Origin: Sphingobacteriales bacterium
Lineage (GTDB): Bacteria > Bacteroidota > Bacteroidia > AKYH767-A > OLB10
DNA length: 64,000 bases
Assembly: GCA_021299095.1 (NCBI GenBank)
Contig: JAJTFW010000002.1
Location: 138,133 to 202,132 of the forward strand
Reading direction: 5' to 3'
Part shown: in pieces, positions 57,117 through 64,000 of the stretch
Numbering within the stretch: position 1 is the first letter of the stretch
Layout of the letters: each line of letters begins with the position of its first letter
Position numbers and translations under genes: made by a program
Notes under the pieces: generated by a model
What the model saw: the letters and a program-made list of their open reading frames with translations, nothing else
What the model was told of the DNA's origin: nothing
Database searches by the model: none

Positions 57117-58375
57117 GAACTCAAAAAAACATTTTTGAAAACATTGACTGGGTACTTGTCGGGCTCTACCTTGTCCTGGTTTTTGCAGGCTGGATCAACA
57201 TTTACGCCGCAGTCTTCAACGAGGAGCACAGCAGCATTCTCGACATGAGCCAGAATTACGGCCGACAACTGCTTTGGATCGGTACATCCGTATTGATCGG
57301 ACTTGCCATCTTGGTTATCGACGGAAAATTCTACGCTGCATTTTCCTATCCGATATATATTATCATTCTCCTGGGATTACTTGTTGTGTTGGTAATCGCA
57401 CGCGATGTGCAGGGAGCAAGATCATGGATTGAGATCGGCAGTTTCAAACTCCAGCCATCAGAGTTTGCAAAGTTTGCCACGAATATGGCTTTGGCGAAAT
57501 ACCTGAGTTCACTTGGCATTCGCATGGAGGACATGAAAACCAAACTCTATGCGGGACTCATCATTTTGATCCCCATGTCGCTTGTGTTACTGCAAAACGA
57601 CACCGGTTCAGCACTCGTATTCATTTCATTCATTTTTGTGATGTATCGCGAAGGCTTATCACAAAACGTCCTCATCTTCGGATTCTTTACGGGCATTCTT
57701 TTCGTACTTGCATTGATGGTTCCCAATCCTATTCTGTTGGGAATCCTGGTCGGCATCGGACTCATCTTTTGGATGCTGATGCGCAAAACCCGAAAGAACT
57801 TCCTTGCCATATTACTGCTCACCGGCTTGTGCTGTGGCATGGTGTTGAGCGTAGACTATGCGTTCAACACCGTACTCCAACCCCACCAACGAGAACGTAT
57901 TGAAGTGCTTCTCGGAAAACGTTCGGACCCGAAAGGTGCAGGATACAACGTAAACCAAAGTCTGATTGCCATCGGATCGGGAGGTCTAAGCGGAAAAGGC
58001 TTTTTGCAAGGTACTCAGACCAAATACGATTTTGTACCCGAACAGAGCACCGACTTTATTTTCTGTACTGTAGGAGAAGAATGGGGCTTTATGGGCACAA
58101 CAGCTGTTTTAGTCTTTTTCCTCGGATTACTCTATCGGATAATTTTCATTGCAGAGCGACAACGATCCACTTACACCCGCATCTATGCCTATGGAGTGGC
58201 GTCCATTCTTTTCTTTCACCTGATGATCAATGTAGGGATGGCCATCGGGCTGGCTCCGGTTATTGGTATTCCACTGCCCTTTTTCAGTTATGGCGGATCC
58301 TCTTTGTGGAGCTTTACCGTATTGCTGTTCGTATTGATCAAGCTGGACAGTTACCGGATGTACATTTTGCGGTAA
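57113..58375 (+). CDS. rodA: rod shape-determining protein RodA (SEDS family)
   Basis: 420 aa, 10-TM SEDS protein. Its start overlaps the mrdA stop by 4 nt. Confidence 0.95.
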   Translation: MRTQKNIFENIDWVLVGLYLVLVFAGWINIYAAVFNEEHSSILDMSQNYGRQLLWIGTSVLIGLAILVIDGKFYAAFSYPIYIIILLGLLVVLVIARDVQGARSWIEIGSFKLQPSEFAKFATNMALAKYLSSLGIRMEDMKTKLYAGLIILIPMSLVLLQNDTGSALVFISFIFVMYREGLSQNVLIFGFFTGILFVLALMVPNPILLGILVGIGLIFWMLMRKTRKNFLAILLLTGLCCGMVLSVDYAFNTVLQPHQRERIEVLLGKRSDPKGAGYNVNQSLIAIGSGGLSGKGFLQGTQTKYDFVPEQSTDFIFCTVGEEWGFMGTTAVLVFFLGLLYRIIFIAERQRSTYTRIYAYGVASILFFHLMINVGMAIGLAPVIGIPLPFFSYGGSSLWSFTVLLFVLIKLDSYRMYILR

Positions 58376-58379
58376 TGCA

Positions 58380-59624
58380 TCACAATTGAATTCGCTTTCT
58401 AATGCCCTCCACAATTCGGGTTGTTGCGCCAGCCTTCGAGCGAACGAAATTTTCTGCAGCTGCTGATGAACGCTCAAAACGACCAGCATCTTCCTCCCAG
58501 CGACGAACGCAGGAGATAGCATCAGCAACCGTATTGACTGCCTCTGCTGCACCGCAGTCGATTAAGCCACAGGCCTCCCGAAACTTCTTGTAATTCGGAC
58601 CAAAAAGCACAGGGTGACCATACACTGCAGCCTCGAGCGTATTGTGTATTCCAGCACCGAATCCACCGCCGATGTAGGAAACAGTTGAAAAACGATACAA
58701 TCTTGAGAGCATTCCAACGGAATCGATGATCATTACCCGGTAATGTGAATATCCTTCTCGGGAGTTAGTTGAAGAATATTGAATCACATCAGGACCGAAT
58801 TGCAGAGCTAGTTTTTCGATCCGGCCTGCTGACATCTGATGTGGCGCAATCACCAATTTCCACTTCGGAAAGGCCTTTATCCAATCCGACAACAACTCCT
58901 CATCGGGGGGCCAGGTACTTCCGGCAACTAGAACCGGCGCGCCTGAGCAGAACGAATGGATGGCGGGAAAATCGGATGTCATCGAGGGCAACTGCAGTAC
59001 ACGATCGAAGCGCGTATCGCCACTCACTACCACATGCTCAATGCCGATTTCGGCAAGGCGTTTTTGTGAACCCTCGTCCTGCACGAAAATCACCTCGAAG
59101 CGCTTCAGGATCGAACGAAACAATCGGCCATACCACCGAAAGAAGACCTGACCGTCGCGGAATATGGCTGAAATGCAGAAGAACGGAATCCTTCGGCGAT
59201 GAAGCTCCAGCGAATAGAAATACCAGAATTCATATTTGACGAAAACCGCCGTAGCAGGATTCAGTATTTCGAGAAAATCACGGGAGGATCTGGGTCCATC
59301 CAACGGAAGGTACACCACAAGATCAGCAAGTCCGGATGCATTTTGATGCCTATAACCGGAAGGCGAAAAAAAACTCAAAACAATTCCAGCCTTCGGGTAT
59401 CTGAGACGCAATGCTTCAAGCACCGGTCTGCCCTGTTCGAATTCACCGAGCGAGGCGCAGTGCATCCAAATTCGTTGTTCTGGAATACCACTCAAGTCTT
59501 TTAACAGCCTACTCCTCCAGTTCTTCCGTCCTTCCACCCAATCCCGGGCTTTGGGCGAAAAAAATGCAGCCATCCGGATTGAACCGCCATACAGGAAAAT
59601 CAAGAAGGTATAAATGAACTTCAC
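58380..59624 (-). CDS. waaA: 3-deoxy-D-manno-octulosonic acid (Kdo) transferase
   Basis: N-terminal TM anchor plus KARDWVEGRKNW, matching the WaaA N-terminal pattern. GT-B C-terminal half. A GTG start at 59624 avoids overlap with the upstream OMP gene; the track start at 59675 is TTG. Confidence 0.85.
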   Translation of the reverse strand: MKFIYTFLIFLYGGSIRMAAFFSPKARDWVEGRKNWRSRLLKDLSGIPEQRIWMHCASLGEFEQGRPVLEALRLRYPKAGIVLSFFSPSGYRHQNASGLADLVVYLPLDGPRSSRDFLEILNPATAVFVKYEFWYFYSLELHRRRIPFFCISAIFRDGQVFFRWYGRLFRSILKRFEVIFVQDEGSQKRLAEIGIEHVVVSGDTRFDRVLQLPSMTSDFPAIHSFCSGAPVLVAGSTWPPDEELLSDWIKAFPKWKLVIAPHQMSAGRIEKLALQFGPDVIQYSSTNSREGYSHYRVMIIDSVGMLSRLYRFSTVSYIGGGFGAGIHNTLEAAVYGHPVLFGPNYKKFREACGLIDCGAAEAVNTVADAISCVRRWEEDAGRFERSSAAAENFVRSKAGATTRIVEGIRKRIQL

Positions 59625-59631
59625 CGGCCAA

Positions 59632-60405
59632 TCAGTACATGTAAAATGGATCCGGAGCTTCCTTGAACAAGGCAATAATCCAACCCACCCTCAAACCAAA
59701 CAACAAATCAATCCGGGGAGCATCATCTACGGACATGGTGCTGTAATTGTAAGAGCGCCTAGATGCGGTGAAGCCCTGAATGGCTTCAACCCCACCGTAA
59801 AAATTCACGAGCCGTCGGTTGCCCACATGCAAGTAACCAACAAACTGCCTGAGTGCGACACCATTGGTTAAACGATCATATCCCTTTACATAAGGGTCTC
59901 GCACGGCCGGCACAGCGTTTTTCTTATCGTCAATTTTGATTTTGTGTTGCATGAATCCCAGTCCGGTTTCCACAACAAAACCGCAGTTGGGGTTCGGTTT
60001 CTTGACGGGGAACAACTTTGAAAGCGTGGCCATGACAGTGTAACCACGCTCGAACAAACGGATATCTCCATAGAGACCATCCACACCCACGATTGTTCCT
60101 TCTGCAGTGGTCAAACCGGTAAATACGCCCTGCTCCTTGATTTTAGAACCGAAGAACAAGGTGGCTTCAGCTCCGAGAATCCAGCCGTTAGCCCACTTGT
60201 ACCCTGCGGCCATACCGATGGATTGATTCATTCCGAACCGTGATGCCAGATCACCGCTAGGGGCCTGTAGTGCAAAGCTTGGCCGAATCATGACCATGCC
60301 TACGGCTGAGTCCTTCACACTGACCTGGGCCGAAACGGATCCAGAAACCAGAATCATCAGGTACAAAAGCAAGCGATTGTGCGCTGTAAACGGGGCTTTT
60401 GTCAT
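59632..60405 (-). CDS. hypothetical outer-membrane beta-barrel protein
   Basis: 257 aa. Signal peptide (…ILVSGSVSAQ), alternating beta-strand pattern, C-terminal aromatic residue (…PFYMY). It ends 7 nt before waaA. Confidence 0.5.
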   Translation of the reverse strand: MTKAPFTAHNRLLLYLMILVSGSVSAQVSVKDSAVGMVMIRPSFALQAPSGDLASRFGMNQSIGMAAGYKWANGWILGAEATLFFGSKIKEQGVFTGLTTAEGTIVGVDGLYGDIRLFERGYTVMATLSKLFPVKKPNPNCGFVVETGLGFMQHKIKIDDKKNAVPAVRDPYVKGYDRLTNGVALRQFVGYLHVGNRRLVNFYGGVEAIQGFTASRRSYNYSTMSVDDAPRIDLLFGLRVGWIIALFKEAPDPFYMY

Positions 60406-60410
60406 GCGGT

Positions 60411-60418
60411 CAAAAGTA
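60411..60418 (-). promoter_or_regulatory. -7 promoter element (TActTTTG) 6 nt upstream of the OMP ATG; predicts a near-leaderless transcript
   Basis: Exact TAnnTTTG match on the minus strand. The predicted TSS is within 1 nt of the AUG. Confidence 0.25.
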
Positions 60419-60453
60419 GGGATTCGGCAGAGGAGGACAAAGCCTCTAATTTC

Positions 60454-60461
60454 GTATCTTT
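60454..60461 (+). promoter_or_regulatory. -7 promoter element (TAtcTTTG) 68 nt upstream of degT
   Basis: Exact TAnnTTTG match on the plus strand, in the divergent OMP/degT spacer. Confidence 0.3.
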
Positions 60462-60528
60462 GTGGGTCTTAGACAGCCCTCTCGAACCTGAGTGTCAGGC
60501 TTTTAAACCCAAAGAACCGCCTTCATCG

Positions 60529-61668
60529 ATGGAACCGATCCGCAAACTTCCAATGGTCGACCTGCTGACTCAGTACAAACACATCCAGCAGGAGGTTGAT
60601 CAGGCAGTGCTCGATGTCATGCGCTCCTCGGCCTACATCAACGGACCCGAAGTCAAATCCTTCGCTAGTGAGTTGGGGTCGTATTTGGGGGCAAAGCATG
60701 TGATACCTTGCGCAAACGGAACCGATGCCCTGCAAATCGCCATGATGGCGCTCGGATACCAGCCAGGTGATGAAGTCATCACCGCCAGCTTCACGTATGT
60801 AGCCACTGCGGAAGTCATTGCATTGTTGAAACTGAAGCCGGTATTGGTTGATGTTGATCCGGAAACGTTCACCATTGACTGTGACGCCATAGAGCGGGCT
60901 ATAACACCAAGAACTGTTGCCATCGTGCCGGTGCACCTGTTCGGCCAATGCGCGAACATGGAGCGCATCATGGAAATTGCGCAGCGTCACAACTTGCATG
61001 TCATTGAAGATACCGCTCAGGCAATCGGTGCAGAATATACATTCTCCGATGGCAGAACAAGCAAGGCCGGTACTATCGGTACTATCGGTACGACCTCGTT
61101 CTTCCCCTCCAAGAATCTCGGTTGCATGGGTGATGGTGGAGCCATTTTCACGCAGGACGATGCCCTAGGCAATCGACTTCGTATGATTGCGAACCATGGA
61201 CAAAGTGTACAATACCAACACGATGAAGTTGGAGTAAATAGTCGCCTCGACAGCATTCAAGCGGCCATCCTTAGAGTTAAACTGCGACACCTCGATACCT
61301 ATTGCAAAGCAAGGCAGGATGCCGCAGCTGCCTATGATGCCACGTTCGCAGAAAATCCCGGACTACAGATTCCGATCCGTTTATCTGGAAGCACGCATGT
61401 TTTTCACCAGTATACGCTGGTCATAAAAACCAAATCGAGGGATGAGCTTCGTAGTTTCTTGGACACCCGTGGTATTCCATCCATGATCTACTACCCCATT
61501 CCCCTGCACATGCAATCGGCATACACCGACCCACGGTACCAACCGGGAGATTTTCCGGTTACCGAGTACTTGTGCAAACACGTCCTATCGATTCCTATGC
61601 ACACGGAATTGAGCGCCGAGGACATTGCTTACATCAGCAGTAACGTACTTGAATTTCTGAACTCCTGA
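60529..61668 (+). CDS. DegT/DnrJ/EryC1/StrS family PLP-dependent sugar aminotransferase
   Basis: About 379 aa from MEPIRKLPMVDLLTQYKHIQ. It has the …SFFPSKNLG… PLP-lysine region. Confidence 0.9.
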   Translation: MEPIRKLPMVDLLTQYKHIQQEVDQAVLDVMRSSAYINGPEVKSFASELGSYLGAKHVIPCANGTDALQIAMMALGYQPGDEVITASFTYVATAEVIALLKLKPVLVDVDPETFTIDCDAIERAITPRTVAIVPVHLFGQCANMERIMEIAQRHNLHVIEDTAQAIGAEYTFSDGRTSKAGTIGTIGTTSFFPSKNLGCMGDGGAIFTQDDALGNRLRMIANHGQSVQYQHDEVGVNSRLDSIQAAILRVKLRHLDTYCKARQDAAAAYDATFAENPGLQIPIRLSGSTHVFHQYTLVIKTKSRDELRSFLDTRGIPSMIYYPIPLHMQSAYTDPRYQPGDFPVTEYLCKHVLSIPMHTELSAEDIAYISSNVLEFLNS

Positions 61669-61684
61669 TCATAGACCATCAGCC

Positions 61685-63016
61685 ATGAATATCGCAGTAG
61701 TCGGAACAGGATATGTGGGACTTGTAACTGGAACCTGTTTTGCAGAAATGGGTAACAACGTGATTTGCGTCGACATCGATACGGATAAAGTTGAGCGCAT
61801 GCGTAAGGGAAGCATACCCATTTACGAGCCTCATCTGGATGTCCTATTCGATCGGAACATCAGCCAAGGCAGATTGCATTTTACAACCTCACTCGAATCG
61901 GCAGTTGACCAGGCAGAAGTGATTTTTCTGGCCCTCCCTACCCCTCCGGGGGAAGACGGTGGTGCTGATTTGTCGTACGTCCTGGGAGTTGCTAAGCAAC
62001 TTGGACCGATGTTGAAGCGGTACACAGTCATTGTCAATAAAAGCACAGTTCCGGTTGGGACTGCCGAGAAGGTACATGCGGCAATAGCGCCCAACTGCAC
62101 ATCAGGATTTGACGTCGTTTCGAATCCTGAATTCCTGAGGGAAGGCTTTGCCGTAGACGATTTTTTAAAACCGGATCGTGTTGTTGTTGGTACCTCGAGT
62201 GAAAAAGCCCGTAGAGTCATGAATGAACTCTATGCTCCCTTTCTAAGGCAGGGTAACCCCATCTACTTCATGGACGAACGCTCCTCTGAGCTTACCAAAT
62301 ACGCAGCCAATGCGTTTCTGGCGACCAAGATCACGTTCATGAATGAAATTGCAAACCTGTGCGAACGAACGGGTGCCAATGTTGATGCCGTGCGCATCGG
62401 AATCGGTTCAGACTCACGCATCGGAAAGCGTTTCCTATTCGCTGGCATCGGTTATGGAGGTAGCTGCTTCCCGAAAGATGTGCAGGCGTTACAACGTACT
62501 GCACTAGAGCACGCGTATGATTTCCGCATTCTCGATTCGGTAATGCAGGTAAACCAGGCACAAAAACAGGTTCTGGTAAATAAACTACTGGATTATTACG
62601 GCACTGATCTCAATGGAAAGCACATCGCCTTATGGGGACTTGCCTTCAAACCTGAGACGGACGACATCCGCGAGGCTCCCGCGCTTGAGATCATAGACGC
62701 TTTAGTCAAAGCCGGCGCACGCGTTTCCGCTTATGATCCTGAGGCCATGAACAATGTGCGCAAGGTACTCGGTGACTCCATCACCTTCGCTGCAGATCCG
62801 TATGAAGCCACAAAAAATGCAGATGCGCTACTCATCGCTACGGAGTGGGCCGTTTTCCGGACTCCCGATTTCGTAAAGTTGAAAAGCCTCATGCACACAC
62901 CGGCAATATTCGATGGCCGCAACCTCTATGACCTAGAAAAAATGGAGGAGAGCGGATTTTTCTACTCCAGTATCGGCAGAAAAACCATTCACCCTTTAAA
63001 GGCCAATTCGAACTGA
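61685..63016 (+). CDS. ugd: UDP-glucose 6-dehydrogenase
   Basis: 443 aa. [12 protein letters not shown] Rossmann motif and the catalytic Cys region GGSCFPKD. Confidence 0.95.
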   Translation: MNIAVVGTGYVGLVTGTCFAEMGNNVICVDIDTDKVERMRKGSIPIYEPHLDVLFDRNISQGRLHFTTSLESAVDQAEVIFLALPTPPGEDGGADLSYVLGVAKQLGPMLKRYTVIVNKSTVPVGTAEKVHAAIAPNCTSGFDVVSNPEFLREGFAVDDFLKPDRVVVGTSSEKARRVMNELYAPFLRQGNPIYFMDERSSELTKYAANAFLATKITFMNEIANLCERTGANVDAVRIGIGSDSRIGKRFLFAGIGYGGSCFPKDVQALQRTALEHAYDFRILDSVMQVNQAQKQVLVNKLLDYYGTDLNGKHIALWGLAFKPETDDIREAPALEIIDALVKAGARVSAYDPEAMNNVRKVLGDSITFAADPYEATKNADALLIATEWAVFRTPDFVKLKSLMHTPAIFDGRNLYDLEKMEESGFFYSSIGRKTIHPLKANSN

Positions 63017-63017
63017 C

Positions 63018-63992
63018 ATGGAGAGTAAAAGGGTACTCATAACCGGTGCAGCCGGATTTCTTGGATCTCACCTTTGCGACCGATTTATCGCAGAGGGTTT
63101 TGATGTTGTTGGAATGGACAACCTGATCACAGGAGACCTGCGCAACATCGAACACCTGTTCAAGCTCAAAGCGTTCGAATTCTACCATCACGATGTCAGC
63201 AAATTCGTGCATGTACCCGGACGCATCGATTACATCCTGCATTTCGCTTCTCCAGCCAGCCCGATTGATTACCTGAAGATTCCAATCCAAACCTTGAAGG
63301 TTGGCTCGCTTGGAACACACAATCTGCTCGGCTTCGCCAAATCGAAGAAAGCCCGCATACTCGTTGCATCCACCAGCGAGGTGTACGGTGACCCCACTGT
63401 ACATCCACAGACCGAGGATTACTGGGGAAATGTCAACCCGATTGGTCCACGTGGTGTATACGATGAGGCCAAACGGTTTCAGGAAGCCATTACAATGGCT
63501 TACCACACCTATCATGGCCTCGAGACGCGCATTGTACGCATCTTCAATACCTATGGCCCACGCATGCGACTGAATGACGGCCGCGTATTACCGGCATTTA
63601 TCGGTCAGGCATTGCGTGGTGAAGACCTGACTGTGTTCGGCGATGGTTCACAAACCCGTTCGTTCTGCTATGTTGATGACCTGGTTGAAGGAATTTTCCG
63701 TTTGCTCAACAGCGACTACCATCTGCCTGTAAACCTTGGGAATCCGGATGAAATCAGTATCCGGGATTTTGCAGAAGAAATCATTCGATTGACCGGCACA
63801 GACCGTAAACTCATTACCAAGCCATTACCACAGGACGACCCCAAGCAGCGGCAACCCGATATCAGCAGGGCCAAAGCCATTTTAGGTTGGGAGCCACGTA
63901 TCAGCCGTTCGGAAGGACTTGAACGAACATACGCCTACTTTAAAAATCTGCCGCCCGAAGAATTGAATCGGACTGCACATCGCTTCGCCTAA
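63018..63992 (+). CDS. UDP-glucuronic acid decarboxylase (UDP-xylose synthase, UXS family SDR)
   Basis: 324 aa. [29 protein letters not shown], and the FNTYGPRM motifs typical of UXS. Confidence 0.9.
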   Translation: MESKRVLITGAAGFLGSHLCDRFIAEGFDVVGMDNLITGDLRNIEHLFKLKAFEFYHHDVSKFVHVPGRIDYILHFASPASPIDYLKIPIQTLKVGSLGTHNLLGFAKSKKARILVASTSEVYGDPTVHPQTEDYWGNVNPIGPRGVYDEAKRFQEAITMAYHTYHGLETRIVRIFNTYGPRMRLNDGRVLPAFIGQALRGEDLTVFGDGSQTRSFCYVDDLVEGIFRLLNSDYHLPVNLGNPDEISIRDFAEEIIRLTGTDRKLITKPLPQDDPKQRQPDISRAKAILGWEPRISRSEGLERTYAYFKNLPPEELNRTAHRFA

Positions 63993-64000
63993 AGACCACA

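Noticed and set aside
61069-61095. Tandem 9-bp repeat ggtactatc ggtactatc ggtacgacc inside degT, encoding GTIGTIGTT
   Set aside because: The repeat is in frame and reproduces the normal GxxGxxGxxSFF spacing upstream of the PLP-lysine region of DegT-family enzymes. It is not an insertion or a slipped-strand expansion.

Overview
This window reads as a core chromosomal segment of a Bacteroidota (Bacteroidetes) bacterium. It is roughly 50% GC and almost entirely coding, with about 60 protein genes on both strands. I found no rRNA or tRNA, no transposase or integrase, and no CRISPR array. The recognisable content, in order: the 3' end of holA; an Mqn-family gene; a divergent sensor kinase / receiver pair; an alpha-oxoamine-synthase-family acyltransferase; hppD; yidC; pyrG; fused secDF; two glycosyltransferases; ftsE; a type IX secretion (T9SS) neighbourhood (porP/sprF plus a gldJ/gldK-like lipoprotein on the minus strand, divergent from porU plus porV on the plus strand); ispF; recG; a cold-shock protein; adenine deaminase; an L,D-transpeptidase with mlaEF-like ABC genes; feoAB; a sprT-like gene; ppx and ppk1; sixA; a secreted EEP nuclease/phosphatase; a TonB-dependent receptor followed by a duplicated-module lipoprotein; purH; the mreBCD-mrdA-rodA cell-shape operon; waaA; and a degT-ugd-uxs nucleotide-sugar cluster. 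The phylum call rests on the T9SS genes, the fused SecDF, the long YidC, and Bacteroidetes-type -7 promoter motifs (TAnnTTTG) that recur 11-28 nt upstream of many start codons. I do not see a compelling, wholly novel multi-gene system. The items most worth a second look are: (1) an EEP nuclease / TonB receptor / duplicated OB-like lipoprotein module beside ppk1/ppx and sixA; (2) a lysine-rich H1-like gene heading the ppk1-ppx operon; (3) two small ORFs missing from the ORF track, a DUF2256-like zinc-ribbon protein and a Cys-rich mini-lipoprotein ahead of feoAB; (4) a perfect palindrome abutting the feoA start codon; and (5) promoter-motif geometry that predicts short-leader and leaderless transcripts. 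All family assignments come from reading the translated sequences, motifs and gene context by eye. No database search was run.
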